Assembly: GCA_044223005.1 (NCBI GenBank)
Contig: JBGAML010000013.1
Span: forward strand, 72,489 to 136,488
Origin: Candidatus Eiseniibacteriota bacterium
GTDB taxonomy: Bacteria; Eisenbacteria; RBG-16-71-46
Direction of reading: 5' to 3'
Length of the DNA: 64,000 bases
Part shown: positions 50,210-60,655 of the stretch, piece by piece
How the letters are laid out: each line of letters begins with the position of its first letter
How positions within the stretch are numbered: the stretch's first letter is position 1
The notes under the pieces: generated by a model
Databases searched by the model: none
Told to the model about the DNA's origin: nothing
Seen by the model: only the letters and a program-made list of their open reading frames with translations
Translations under genes and position numbers: made by a program

Positions 50210-52855
50210 GTGAGCCGCACGCTCGATCCCGCCGCAGCCGCCGGCACCGCGGCCGCGCGCACGCCGCTCATGCGCCAGTACCTCGCCGCGAAGGACGAAC
50301 ACACGGACGCGTTCCTGTTCTTCCGGATGGGCGATTTCTACGAGTTGTTCTTCGAGGACGCCGTGCGCGCGGCGCAGCTCCTGGGGCTGACGCTCACGTC
50401 GCGCAACAAGCAGGACCCGGATCCCGTCCCGATGTGCGGCTTCCCGTGGCACCAGCGTGACGGCTACGTCGCGCGGCTGCTGCGGCTCGGGCACAAGGTC
50501 GCGATCTGCGACCAGCTCGAGGATCCCGCGCAGGCGAAGGGCATCGTGCAGCGCGGCGTCACCGAGGTGCTGACGCCGGGTTCCGTGACGAGCGACGCGT
50601 TCCTCGACGTCGCGGCGCACAACTGGCTCGTCGCGCTCTGGCCGCAGCCGGGCCGGCTCGGCGTGTGCCTCGCCGACGCGTCGACGGGAGAGATGCGGCT
50701 GCTGGAGACCGCGTGGCCCGAGGCGTCGGGCCTGCTCGCGCGCGTGCCGGTCGCCGAATGGCTGTTCCCGGCCGGGCTCGCGCCCGACCTGCAGGAGCGG
50801 ATCGAATCGCTGCTCGGCGGCCTCGGCGGCGCGCGCAGCGCCGCGCCCGCCGCGCGCTTCATGGATCCGGTGCTCGCGCCCGCGCGCTGGGGCGCCGCGA
50901 CCGCCGAAGCGCACGCCGACCTGCCGCTCGCGCTCTCGGCGGCCGCGGGCGCGCTCGACTACCTCGACCGCACCCAGGGCGGCGCCGCGCTGCAGATGAC
51001 GCGGGTCGAGCGCTGGGCGGGCGAGTCGGTGCTGCGGATCGACGCCGCGACCGCGCGCCACCTCGAGCTCTTCGAGCCGCAGCCGGGCGGAGAGGCGAAG
51101 CACACCTTGTGGTGGCACCTGAACCTGGCGCAGACCGCGCCCGGAGCGCGCCGCCTGCGCGCGTGGGTCGAGCAGCCGCTCGCGGCGCTCGATCCGATCC
51201 GCCGCCGGCAGGACGCGATTGCCGGCTGGCTCGACGCGGCGCCGGCGCGCGGCGCGTTCCGCGACGCGCTGCGCGGCCTGCCCGATCTCGAGCGCCTCGC
51301 GGCGCGCGTGGCCTGCGCGCGGGCCACGCCGCGCGAGATGGGAGCGCTGCGCGACGCGCTCGAACGACTTCCCGGCCTGGCGGCCGCGCTGCCGCACGCG
51401 GGCGAAGAGACGCTCGTGCCGCTGCGCGTCGACCCGGCGCTCGGCGCGCGGCTCTCGGCCGCGCTCGTCGACGAGCCGCCGCCCGCGAGCCGCGAAGGCG
51501 GCGTGATCCGCGCGGGCTACGACGCCGTGCGCGACGAATTGGACGACCTCGCGCACTCGGGCAAGCGCTGGATCGCCGAGCTCGAGGCCGCGGAGCGTGC
51601 ACGCAGCGGCATCGCGAGCCTGAAGGTCGGCTACAACAAGGTGTTCGGTTACTACCTCGAGGTGACGAACGCGCACCGCGACAAGGTGCCCGCCGACTAC
51701 GAACGCAAGCAGACGCTCACGGGCGCCGAGCGCTACGTGACGCCGGCCCTGAAGGCCCGCGAAGGCGAAGTGCTCGCGGCCGAGGAGAAGCTGCGCGCGC
51801 GCGAACACGAACTGTTCGTCGAGTTGCGCACCTGGACCGCCGGGTTCGTGGCGGCGCTGGTCGCGGCGGCCGACGCGCTCGGGCGCATGGACGCCGAGGC
51901 GGCACTGGCGGAGGCCGCGGCACGCTTCGGCTGGACCCGGCCCACGATCGAGGACTCGGATCGCCTGCTGCTCGAGGGCGCGCGGCATCCGGTCGTCGAG
52001 CGGCTGCTGCCGCGCGGCGAGTTCGTGCCGAACGGCGTGCGGCTCGACGCCTCGTCACGTCAGGTGCTGCTGCTCACGGGCCCCAACATGGGCGGCAAGA
52101 GCACCTACCTGCGCCAGATCGCGCTCGTCGTGATGCTCGCGCAGACCGGGTCGTGGGTCCCGGCCGAAAGCGCGACGATCGGTCTCGTCGACCGGTTGTT
52201 CACGCGCGTCGGCGCCGCCGACCGCCTGGGCGCGGGGCAGAGCACGTTCATGGTCGAGATGTCCGAGACGGCCGAGATCCTGCGCGGCGCCACGCCGCGC
52301 TCGCTCGTGCTCCTGGACGAGATCGGCCGCGGCACCGCGACCTATGACGGGCTGGCGCTCGCATGGGCGGTGACCGAGCACCTCCATTCGGGCCGCGCGG
52401 CGCGGCCGCGCACGGTGTTCGCGACGCACTATCACGAGCTGACGCAGCTCGCGGAGACGCTGCCGCGGCTCGCCAACGTGCACGTGGCGGTGAAGGAGTG
52501 GGGCGACGGCGTGGTGTTCCTGCACCGGATCGCCGAGGGTGCGGCGGACCGCTCCTACGGCATCCACGTCGCCAAGCTCGCGGGCCTGCCCGAGTCACTG
52601 CTCGCGCGGGCGCGCGAAGTGCTGGCCGAACTGGAGAGCGAGCGCACGGTGGAGCACCTCGAGCCCGGCGCGAAGCGCAAGCGCCCGGCGGCCGCGCCGG
52701 CACCGCTGCCGCTGTTCGATACGCCCGCACCGCCCGCCGAGCATCCGCTCGCCGCCGAGTTGCGTGCGCTGGACCCGGACGCGCTCACGCCGCTCGAAGC
52801 ACTGCAGCGGCTCGCGGAGTGGAAGAAGCGCTGGGGGAGCGGACCGGACGCCTGA
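50210..52855 (+). CDS. mutS: DNA mismatch repair protein MutS
   Basis: TPLMRQY..FFRMGDFYELF, TGPNMGGKSTYLRQ, STFMVEM, LDEIGRGT, SYGIHVAKLAG. Confidence 0.96.
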   Translation: MSRTLDPAAAAGTAAARTPLMRQYLAAKDEHTDAFLFFRMGDFYELFFEDAVRAAQLLGLTLTSRNKQDPDPVPMCGFPWHQRDGYVARLLRLGHKVAICDQLEDPAQAKGIVQRGVTEVLTPGSVTSDAFLDVAAHNWLVALWPQPGRLGVCLADASTGEMRLLETAWPEASGLLARVPVAEWLFPAGLAPDLQERIESLLGGLGGARSAAPAARFMDPVLAPARWGAATAEAHADLPLALSAAAGALDYLDRTQGGAALQMTRVERWAGESVLRIDAATARHLELFEPQPGGEAKHTLWWHLNLAQTAPGARRLRAWVEQPLAALDPIRRRQDAIAGWLDAAPARGAFRDALRGLPDLERLAARVACARATPREMGALRDALERLPGLAAALPHAGEETLVPLRVDPALGARLSAALVDEPPPASREGGVIRAGYDAVRDELDDLAHSGKRWIAELEAAERARSGIASLKVGYNKVFGYYLEVTNAHRDKVPADYERKQTLTGAERYVTPALKAREGEVLAAEEKLRAREHELFVELRTWTAGFVAALVAAADALGRMDAEAALAEAAARFGWTRPTIEDSDRLLLEGARHPVVERLLPRGEFVPNGVRLDASSRQVLLLTGPNMGGKSTYLRQIALVVMLAQTGSWVPAESATIGLVDRLFTRVGAADRLGAGQSTFMVEMSETAEILRGATPRSLVLLDEIGRGTATYDGLALAWAVTEHLHSGRAARPRTVFATHYHELTQLAETLPRLANVHVAVKEWGDGVVFLHRIAEGAADRSYGIHVAKLAGLPESLLARAREVLAELESERTVEHLEPGAKRKRPAAAPAPLPLFDTPAPPAEHPLAAELRALDPDALTPLEALQRLAEWKKRWGSGPDA

Positions 52856-52864
52856 GCGTGCCGG

Positions 52865-53413
52865 TCAGCCGTCGCGGCGACGGCGCTGGTGCGCCGCGGG
52901 CTCGTGCGCGACCGGCTCGCCCAGTTGCACCAGCGCCGCGGCGAGTGGCGAGGGCGAGGTCGCGGACGACTTCGAGCGGCGGTGTGCCAGCAAGCGCTGC
53001 CAGTGCCCCGGGCGCTTCGCCTGCAGCCACGCTTCCAGGTCCGCCGCGGTCTTGAACCACGCGGCGACGTCCGAGAGCGGCGCACGGCGTTCACAGCTCC
53101 GCGGATCGTACTCGCGGCAGAGGACAGGCCGGTCCGCGTAGACCTTGCAGCGGCCCTGGCCGTCGAGCTGCTCGCAGCGCGCCTCGATGTGCAGGTACCA
53201 GCGCTCGGGCTTCTCGACGTAGAGCTCGAGGTTGCGGTGGTGGAGCACCCAGATCCACTGGTCGTACTCCCACGGCGCGCGCGGGGCGTCGATCTCGATG
53301 CTCACCGTCTCGCAGCAGCGCGTGCAGCCGGTGCAGAGGTCCGCGTTCTCGGTGTCCGAGAGCTGCAGGACGTCGCGCGCGTCGTCGAGTTCGATGCCGT
53401 CGTCGAGTGCCAT
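52865..53413 (-). CDS. YkgJ family cysteine cluster (CxxCxxCC) protein
   Basis: CTGCTRCC...CEQLDGQGRCKVYADRPVLCREY. Confidence 0.87.
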   Translation of the reverse strand: MALDDGIELDDARDVLQLSDTENADLCTGCTRCCETVSIEIDAPRAPWEYDQWIWVLHHRNLELYVEKPERWYLHIEARCEQLDGQGRCKVYADRPVLCREYDPRSCERRAPLSDVAAWFKTAADLEAWLQAKRPGHWQRLLAHRRSKSSATSPSPLAAALVQLGEPVAHEPAAHQRRRRDG

Positions 53414-53469
53414 GGAATGGAGATAGCACACGCGCGGCGCCGGGGCCAGCGCGAAGGCCGTGTCGAGCG

Positions 53470-55323
53470 TCAGTGCGCTCCGTCGAGCACGTCGAGGCAG
53501 TTCTCGTAGCGCCCGAACGACGGCATCAGGTAGACGCCGTTGGCGTGCGCCCGGCACTGGGCGAGCAGGTCGCGCGCGAGTTCGACGCCCACCTTCTGGC
53601 CCTCGTTCCCGGCGTCGTGCATGCGCTGGCGGATCCAGTCCGGGACGTGGATGCCGGGGACTTCGTTGTGGAGGAACTCGGCGTGCCGGAACGACTGCAG
53701 CGGCAGGATGCCGATCAGGATCGGGATCTTCGGCATGCCGCCCAGCTTCTCGAGGAAGCGTTCCCAGCACCCGACCTCGTAGACGGGCTGCGTCATGACG
53801 AACTGCGCACCGGCCTCGAGCTTGTTGCGGAAGTGGTCGAGCTCGTGGTCGAGGTTCTCGGCCGTCGGGTTGACCGCGCAGCCGATGGCGAAGCTGGTGC
53901 ACGCCCCGATCGACGTGCCGGCGTCGTCGGCGCCCTGGTTCATCTTGCCGACGATGCGGATCAGGCCGACCGAGTTGGTGTCGTAGACGGCCGTCATGTT
54001 CGGGTAGTCGCCGAGACTCGGCGGATCGCCCGTCAGGCAGAGAATGTTCCGCAGGCCGAGCGCGTGGGCGCCGAGCAGGTCGCTCTGCAGGCCCATGAGG
54101 TTCCGGTCGCGCGTCGTGTAGTGGAGGATGATCTCCATCTGCGGGAAGAGCGCGTGGAACTGGTAGGCGAGCGAGGCGGCGCTCATGCGGATGCGCGCCA
54201 TCGGCGAGTCGGCGATGTTGATCGCGTCCACACCGCGCTCGGCCATGAGCTTCGCGCCGGCCAGCACCTTCTGCGTGTTGATGCCGCGCGGCGGGTCGAT
54301 CTCGACGCTGACCACGAACTTCTCGCGCAGCTTGCGCAGGAACGAGGGTTCGGCCGTCTCGGCGGCGGTGGTCTCCGGGGCCGCGCGATCGACGACGTGC
54401 ACTTCGGCGCCGGAGGGCAGCACCTCGGCGGGCAGGTGGGAGGCGAGCCGCTCGCGCATCGCGCGCACGTGCGCGGGCGTCGTGCCGCAGCAGCCGCCGA
54501 CGATGCGGGCGCCGAGCGCGACGGCGCGCGCCGCGAACTCGGCGAAATACTCCGGGCTCGACAGGTAGACGTAGCGGCCTTCGACGAACTGCGGCAGCCC
54601 GGCGTTGGGCATGATCGAGACCGGCGCGCCGTCGGAAGCCGCGACGAGGTCCTCGAGCACTTCGAGTGCGGGCTGCGGGCCGACGCCGCAGTTGACGCCG
54701 ACCACGTCGGCGCCCGCGGTGCGCAGCGCCCGCGCCACCAGTGCCGGCGTGTGGCCGTAGCGGGTCTTGCCGTCGAGGCCGAACGTCATCTGCGCGACGA
54801 TCGGGACCTCGGTCGTGATCGAGCGCACGACGCGCATCGCCACGAGGATCTCGTTCAGGTCCTGGAAGGTCTCGAGCAGGAAGACGTCGAGGCCGCCCTC
54901 GAGCAGGCCCTCGGCCTGCGCGCGGAAGGCCGCCTCGGCCTCGGCGAGCGTGACGCGGCCGAAGGGTTCGAGCGGCTTGCCGAGCGGTCCCATCGAACCT
55001 GCGACGAACGCCGTCGTGCCGACGATCTCGCGGGCGGCGCGCGCCACCTTGACGCCCTGGCGGGCGATCAGGCGCGAGCGATCCTCGAGGCCGTGCGCCG
55101 CGAGCCGGATCCGGTTCGCGCCGAAGGTGTTGGTCTCGACCAGTTCCGCCCCGGCGGCGAGGTACTCGCGGTGGACGCCCTCGACGAGCGCCGGGTCGCT
55201 CACGTTGAGCTCGTCGAAGCTGCGCTCGTAGGGGATGCCGCGCTCGAAGAGCAGCGTGCCCATCGCGCCGTCCGCGAGCAGCGGGCCTTGCGCGATGCGG
55301 TCCAGGAAAGGTGAGTTGGGCAT
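53470..55323 (-). CDS. yitJ: bifunctional homocysteine S-methyltransferase / methylenetetrahydrofolate reductase
   Basis: ADGAMGT, ETNTFGAN, GVNCG and GGCCGTTP, then VEIDPP, INIADSPMAR, TGDP and TQPVY. Confidence 0.92.
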   Translation of the reverse strand: MPNSPFLDRIAQGPLLADGAMGTLLFERGIPYERSFDELNVSDPALVEGVHREYLAAGAELVETNTFGANRIRLAAHGLEDRSRLIARQGVKVARAAREIVGTTAFVAGSMGPLGKPLEPFGRVTLAEAEAAFRAQAEGLLEGGLDVFLLETFQDLNEILVAMRVVRSITTEVPIVAQMTFGLDGKTRYGHTPALVARALRTAGADVVGVNCGVGPQPALEVLEDLVAASDGAPVSIMPNAGLPQFVEGRYVYLSSPEYFAEFAARAVALGARIVGGCCGTTPAHVRAMRERLASHLPAEVLPSGAEVHVVDRAAPETTAAETAEPSFLRKLREKFVVSVEIDPPRGINTQKVLAGAKLMAERGVDAINIADSPMARIRMSAASLAYQFHALFPQMEIILHYTTRDRNLMGLQSDLLGAHALGLRNILCLTGDPPSLGDYPNMTAVYDTNSVGLIRIVGKMNQGADDAGTSIGACTSFAIGCAVNPTAENLDHELDHFRNKLEAGAQFVMTQPVYEVGCWERFLEKLGGMPKIPILIGILPLQSFRHAEFLHNEVPGIHVPDWIRQRMHDAGNEGQKVGVELARDLLAQCRAHANGVYLMPSFGRYENCLDVLDGAH

Positions 55324-55420
55324 GGACCGCGGAATCTAAGGCCCGCGCCCGGACCCCGTCCAGCGGCGCCCGACGCGCGGGCATTCCCGGCATCGGGTGC
55401 CTCTGCTATGGTGCCGCACC

Positions 55421-57217
55421 GTGACGACCCGCCTTCTCGCAGTCGCATTCGTGCTCGCGGTGCTCCCGGCCGCGGCGCCCGCCGCCGTTCCCGTCGTTCC
55501 CACGCTCCCGGTCTCCGCGATCCGTCCCGGCCAACCGGCGATCGTGCGCACCGTGTTCGCGGGCGACTCGATCGAGACCTTCGACGCCGAGATCCTCGGC
55601 GTGATGGAGGGCGGCCGCGCCGGCGGCGACGTCATCCTCGCACGCGCCACGTCGGCCCGGGTGGTGCAGACGGGCATCGCCGCCGGCATGAGCGGTTCGC
55701 CCGTGTACGTGGACGGCAAGCTCGTCGGCGCGCTGGCGCTCGGCTGGCCGTTCTCCAAGGAACCGATCTTCGGCATCACGCCGATCGCCGACATGCTCGC
55801 GGTGCTCGACCAGCCCGAGACGGCGCACCCCGACGGCACGTCGGGTCCGGTCGGCGTCGATCCCGGCGCGTCCGAGCGCTACCGCGGGCTCGCGTGGAGC
55901 GACGACTCGCTGCCGGCGCCCGAGCCCGCCGCGATGCCGCTGCCGCGTGCGCTGCCGATCCCGCTCGCGGCCGGCGGCCTCGCGCCCGAGGCGATCGACG
56001 TGGCCCGCGACGCGTTCCGCGAGCGCGGGTTCCTGCTCGTGCCCGGCGGCCGGGCGCGCGACACGGGCCCCGGCACCGACACGCTGGTGCCCGGCAGCGC
56101 CTGCGCGGTGGACGTGCTGCGCGGCGACCTCAACTTCTCCGCGATCGGCACGGTCACGTACCGCGACGGCGACCGCGTGCTCATCTTCGGGCACCCGTTC
56201 TTCCAGGCGGGCGAGGTGCGCATGCCGTTCTCCGCGGCGCACATCGTCGGCATCCTCCCGAGCCTCTACGACTCGTTCAAGCTCGGTACGCCCGGCCGGC
56301 CGCTGGGCGTGGTCACGCAGGACCGCCGCCCGGCCGTCGGCGCGCGCCTCGGGGGCGTTCCGCGGCTGATGCCGTTCCGCGTCGCCGTGCGGCTCCCGGG
56401 CCAGCCCGAACGGCGCTTCGCGTTCGAGTCGATCGAGGACCGCTCTCTGCTGCCGCAGCTCGTCGGCGCCGCGACCATGGGCAGCCTGCTCGAATCGGGC
56501 GGCTCCGGGACGCAGGTGTCGGTGCGCTGGTCGATGCAGGTCTGGCGTGCGGGGCGGGCGCTGCGGTTCGGAGACCTCGCGGCGGGCGACTCGCCGCTCG
56601 GCGACGTGATGGGGGCGATCGGCGGTCCGCTGCGCTTCCTCGCCAACAATCCGTTCGGGCGCTGGACCGCGGACAGTGTCGCGATCTCGCTCGAGGTGCT
56701 GCCGGGCCGGCGGCAGTGGACGCTGCGCGGCGCGTCGCTGGTCGCGGCCAGCGTGCGGCCGGGCGGCACGGCGCGCGTGCGGCTCGAGCTCGAGCGCTGG
56801 CGCGGCGAGCGCCGGAGCACGGAAGTCGAGCTGCCGGTGCCGGCCGAGCTCCCCGCGGGCCACTACGCGCTCTGGATCGGCGGCGGCGGCGAGTTCGATC
56901 GCAGCTCGGCCGCGCGCATGCCGGCGCACTTCCGGCCCACGTCGGTGGCCGACGCCGAAGCGCGCCTGCAGGCGCTGCACGCTTCCGATGCGGTCTACGC
57001 CGCGCTGTGGGCCCGCGCGCCGGAAGTGACGCGCGAAGGACAGGACTATCCGGAGTTGCCCGCGTCGGCGCTGGCGCTGCTCGTGCCGTCGCAGGCCGTG
57101 AGCGATCGCTCACGGCCGGGAGACTGGGCGCTGATGGCGTCGCGCGGCCAGCCGCTCGACGGCGTGCTGCGCGGCGAAATGACGCTGGACCTGGTGGTGG
57201 ACGACAGGGCGCCCTGA
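55421..57217 (+). CDS. exported SpoIVB/peptidase S55 domain protein
   Basis: Signal peptide, GIAAGMSGSPVYVDGKLVGAL, ITPIADML, IGTVTY..FGHPF. Confidence 0.85.
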   Translation: MTTRLLAVAFVLAVLPAAAPAAVPVVPTLPVSAIRPGQPAIVRTVFAGDSIETFDAEILGVMEGGRAGGDVILARATSARVVQTGIAAGMSGSPVYVDGKLVGALALGWPFSKEPIFGITPIADMLAVLDQPETAHPDGTSGPVGVDPGASERYRGLAWSDDSLPAPEPAAMPLPRALPIPLAAGGLAPEAIDVARDAFRERGFLLVPGGRARDTGPGTDTLVPGSACAVDVLRGDLNFSAIGTVTYRDGDRVLIFGHPFFQAGEVRMPFSAAHIVGILPSLYDSFKLGTPGRPLGVVTQDRRPAVGARLGGVPRLMPFRVAVRLPGQPERRFAFESIEDRSLLPQLVGAATMGSLLESGGSGTQVSVRWSMQVWRAGRALRFGDLAAGDSPLGDVMGAIGGPLRFLANNPFGRWTADSVAISLEVLPGRRQWTLRGASLVAASVRPGGTARVRLELERWRGERRSTEVELPVPAELPAGHYALWIGGGGEFDRSSAARMPAHFRPTSVADAEARLQALHASDAVYAALWARAPEVTREGQDYPELPASALALLVPSQAVSDRSRPGDWALMASRGQPLDGVLRGEMTLDLVVDDRAP

Positions 57218-57231
57218 CGCCCGGAGGACGC

Positions 57232-59325
57232 ATGAACTGGCGGACGACGGCGCTCACCGTTTCGCTCGCGCTCGCGCTGGGCGTGGCGGCGGCGGGTGCG
57301 ACCGAGACGCAGTGGTGGATCCAGGACGGCCCGGGCGACTACGCCAAGGCCGAACTGCGCGGCGTGGTCGTGCACGCCGACGGCACGATCGAGTCGGGCC
57401 CCGAAGCGCGTTCGTGGACGGACGACAGCCTGTCGGTGACGTGGAGCCTCGCCGTGCTCAAGGACGGCTCCGTCGCGATCGGCGGCGATCACGGCCGCAT
57501 CGATCGCTGGACCGCGAAGGACGGCGTGCGACCGTGGGCGCGGCTCGGTGGTGGCCAGGTGTTCGCTCTGCTGCCCTGGGGCGACGGCGTGCTCGCGGGC
57601 ACGGGGCCGGAGGGCCGCGTCGTGCGCGTGGGCGCGAAGGGCGACACCGCGACGTTCGCGACCACGGGCGAACGCTACGTGTGGGCGCTCGCCGACGCCG
57701 GTCACGGCGCGGTGTGGGCCGCGACCGGTACGCGCGGCCGCCTGCTGAAGCTCGAGGGTGGCCGCTCGCGGATCGTCCACGACAGCGAGGAGAGCAACCT
57801 GCTCTGCCTGGCGCCCGACGGCGCCGGTGGCGTGTTCGCGGGTGGCGATTCGCGCGGCCGCATCCTGCACACGACGGCGTCCGGCACCACGACGACGGCG
57901 TTCGACGCCGCCGAGGACGAGATCCGCGCGCTCGCGCGTTCGACCGACGGCACGCTCTGGGCCGCGGGGCTCGCGGCGTCCGCGACCACCGCCGCGGACG
58001 ACGACGGCGACGACTCGCACCCCGCACCGCTGCGTGCGGCGCCCGGCGGCGGCCGCGCGGCCGTGTACCGCATCGTGCCCGACAGCGCGACCGTGACGTG
58101 GTGGGTCGCGCCGCAGCCGCTGGTGTTCGCGCTGCTCGCGCCCGCGCCCGGCACGGTGCTCGCGGCGACGGGCAATCGCGCGGGGGTGTTCGCACTCGAG
58201 CGCCCGGGCCTCGCCTCCCAGTGGCTCGCACCGCCGCAGGGGCAGGTGACCGCGCTCGCGAGCGGACCGGACGGCGCCACCTACGCAGCGACGTCGAACC
58301 CCGTGGCCCTCTGGCGCCTCGGGCCCGGCCGCGCGGCGAAGGGCGAACTGGTCTCGGCCGCGCTCGACGCGCGGCGGTTCGCTCGCTTCGGGCACGTGCG
58401 CTGGCACGGCAAGGGCGCGGTGTCGCTGTTCACGCGCAGCGGCAACTGCGATCCGGCCGACAGCACGTGGAACGCGTGGACGCCGCTCGAGGCAGGCGAG
58501 GGCGGTGGACGCGTGCGTTCCGCGGCCGCGCGCTACCTGCAGTGGAAGGCCGAGCTCGGTCCCGACGCGCGGCTCGACGACGTCGCGATCGCCTGGCGCG
58601 AGGAGAACCTCGCGCCGCGGATCGAGGACGTGGGAATCGCGCCGCAGGGCCTGAACTTCCGCGACGGCGAACTGCTGCCTCGCAGCGAATCCGTGACGCA
58701 GTCGCTGGCGGGCGGGCAGAAGGTCGAGTACTCGGTCTCGCTGCCCTCGAACAAGGCGATCCGCGAGCTTCCCGTGTGGGCGCGCGGGCTGCGCACGCTG
58801 ACGTGGAAGGCCGCCGACCCGAACGGCGACGCGCTGCGCTACCGCGTCGAGATCCGGGCCGAGGACGGCGGCGAGTGGGTCGAGATCGGCAAGGACCTCG
58901 AGGCCACGCTCTACACGTGGAACACGAACACGCTCCCGGACGCGCGCTATCGCCTGCGCGTCACCGCGAGCGACGGCGTGGCGAACGCGTTGGGCGAGGA
59001 GCGCACGGCGAGTGCGACGAGCGAGCCGTTCACCGTGGACAACACGCCACCCGTGATCACCCGCCTCACGGCGAACGGCGCCCGCCTCGAAGGCGAGGTC
59101 ACCGACGCGACGAGCCCGATCTGGAGGCTCGAGGTGGCGGTGGACGACGGCGACTGGCGCTCGCTCGCGCCCGAGGGCGGGCTCGCCGACACGACGCGCG
59201 AGCGCTTTGCGGCGACACTGCCCGGCCTCAAGCCCGGCGAGCATCTCGCGAGCGTGCGGGCCGTGGACCTCGCGGGCAACGCCGCGACGCGCGCCGTGCG
59301 ACTCACGGTGGCGGCGTCGCGCTGA
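57232..59325 (+). CDS. exported beta-propeller protein with C-terminal Ig/FN3-like domains
   Basis: Signal peptide, repeated WAL/GTG blade motifs, WKAADPNGDALRY, FTVDNTPP. Confidence 0.78.
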   Translation: MNWRTTALTVSLALALGVAAAGATETQWWIQDGPGDYAKAELRGVVVHADGTIESGPEARSWTDDSLSVTWSLAVLKDGSVAIGGDHGRIDRWTAKDGVRPWARLGGGQVFALLPWGDGVLAGTGPEGRVVRVGAKGDTATFATTGERYVWALADAGHGAVWAATGTRGRLLKLEGGRSRIVHDSEESNLLCLAPDGAGGVFAGGDSRGRILHTTASGTTTTAFDAAEDEIRALARSTDGTLWAAGLAASATTAADDDGDDSHPAPLRAAPGGGRAAVYRIVPDSATVTWWVAPQPLVFALLAPAPGTVLAATGNRAGVFALERPGLASQWLAPPQGQVTALASGPDGATYAATSNPVALWRLGPGRAAKGELVSAALDARRFARFGHVRWHGKGAVSLFTRSGNCDPADSTWNAWTPLEAGEGGGRVRSAAARYLQWKAELGPDARLDDVAIAWREENLAPRIEDVGIAPQGLNFRDGELLPRSESVTQSLAGGQKVEYSVSLPSNKAIRELPVWARGLRTLTWKAADPNGDALRYRVEIRAEDGGEWVEIGKDLEATLYTWNTNTLPDARYRLRVTASDGVANALGEERTASATSEPFTVDNTPPVITRLTANGARLEGEVTDATSPIWRLEVAVDDGDWRSLAPEGGLADTTRERFAATLPGLKPGEHLASVRAVDLAGNAATRAVRLTVAASR

Positions 59326-59335
59326 TCGCGCGCCG

Positions 59336-60655
59336 ATGAGCGGCGGCCGGGAGGGCGGGATCCGCGCGCTCCCGGCCCGCGCGCCGCTCCTGGCCTTCGA
59401 GCTGTCGCTGGCGGGCGCCGGATTGGTGCTCGCGTTCACGCTCGCCGCGGGCCTGCCGTCGTGGCGGACCGAACTCGGGCCGCTGCAGGTGCTGATGCTG
59501 GCCGCGTTCGGGTTCTACGCCCTCGCGCTGCTGCGCCTGCCCGCGTGGCGGGACCTTCCTGGGGCGGGCGTGGCGGTCGTCGTGGTCGCGCTCGCCCTGC
59601 GCCTCGCCGTCCTGCGCGTGGAGCCGGCGCTCTCCGACGACGTCTGGCGGTATCTCTGGGACGGCCGCGTGAGCACGCACGGCGTCGACCCGTGGGCGCA
59701 CGCGCCCGCCTCGCCGGCGCTCGATCGCGTCGGGGATCCCGCGCTGCGCGCCCGCGTCAACCATCCCGGCCTGCGGACGATCTACCCGCCGCTCGCCGAA
59801 GCGGGCTTCGCACTCGTGGCGGGCGTCGCGCCCGGGCTCACGGGCATGAAAGCCTGGATCCTGCTGCACGACCTCGCGCTGGTCGCGGTGCTCGCGGCGT
59901 GGTGCGCGCGCCGCGGCGGGTCCGCGCTGCCGGCGATCGCGTACGCGTGGAACCCGCTCGTCGTGCTCGAGTACGCCGGCAGCGCGCATCACGATCCCAC
60001 GGGCCTGCTGTGGCTCGTCGTCGCGCTCGCCGTGGCGCGCGCGCGCCCGACGGCGTCGGCGCTCGCGCTCGCGGCCGCGGTGATGGTGAAGCTGCTGCCG
60101 CTCGTGGCACTGCCGTTCCTCTGGCGGGAGTGGAACGCGCGGGCGCGTATCGTCGCGGTCGCGGCGATCGCCGCGGGGACGGCGCTCTTCCTCTCGCGCG
60201 CGCTGGGCGAGGGCTCCGGGCTGCAGGCGTACGCGGGGCAGTGGCGCAACAACGAATCCGTCTTCGCGCTCGCCGCGAGCGTCGTGGGGGACGCGCGCGC
60301 GCGCGGGCTCGCGGCTCTCGCGGTCGCCGGCGCCGTCGCGTGGGCGCTGCGCCGCGGCGAGGATGCGGGCACGGGTACGCGGACGGCGTTGCGGACCGCG
60401 CTGCTCGCGGGGCCCGTGCTGCACCCGTGGTACCTGGGCTGGGCGCTGGCGCTCGAGCCGCTCGCGCCGTCGCCGCCCTGGCTCGTGCTCTCGGCGACCG
60501 TGCTGCTGTCGTATGGTGTGTTCCACGCGCCGGCCGAGGGCGGCGCGTTCCACCTGGGGCTCGCGGGGCGCGCGGTCGAGTACGGAGTGCCGCTCGCGCT
60601 CGCCGCGGTGCTCGCGTTCCGCCGGCGGCTTCGCGCCGGCCACGAGGTCCCGTGA
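59336..60655 (+). CDS. GT-C-type membrane glycosyltransferase (GT87-like)
   Basis: LSDDVWRYLWDG, TIYPP, YAWNPL, VLHPWY and many TM segments. Confidence 0.75.
   Translation: MSGGREGGIRALPARAPLLAFELSLAGAGLVLAFTLAAGLPSWRTELGPLQVLMLAAFGFYALALLRLPAWRDLPGAGVAVVVVALALRLAVLRVEPALSDDVWRYLWDGRVSTHGVDPWAHAPASPALDRVGDPALRARVNHPGLRTIYPPLAEAGFALVAGVAPGLTGMKAWILLHDLALVAVLAAWCARRGGSALPAIAYAWNPLVVLEYAGSAHHDPTGLLWLVVALAVARARPTASALALAAAVMVKLLPLVALPFLWREWNARARIVAVAAIAAGTALFLSRALGEGSGLQAYAGQWRNNESVFALAASVVGDARARGLAALAVAGAVAWALRRGEDAGTGTRTALRTALLAGPVLHPWYLGWALALEPLAPSPPWLVLSATVLLSYGVFHAPAEGGAFHLGLAGRAVEYGVPLALAAVLAFRRRLRAGHEVP

Noticed and set aside
55324..55420. Expected SAM riboswitch upstream of yitJ
   Set aside because: The gap is under 100 nt, holds divergent promoters and has no S-box motifs.
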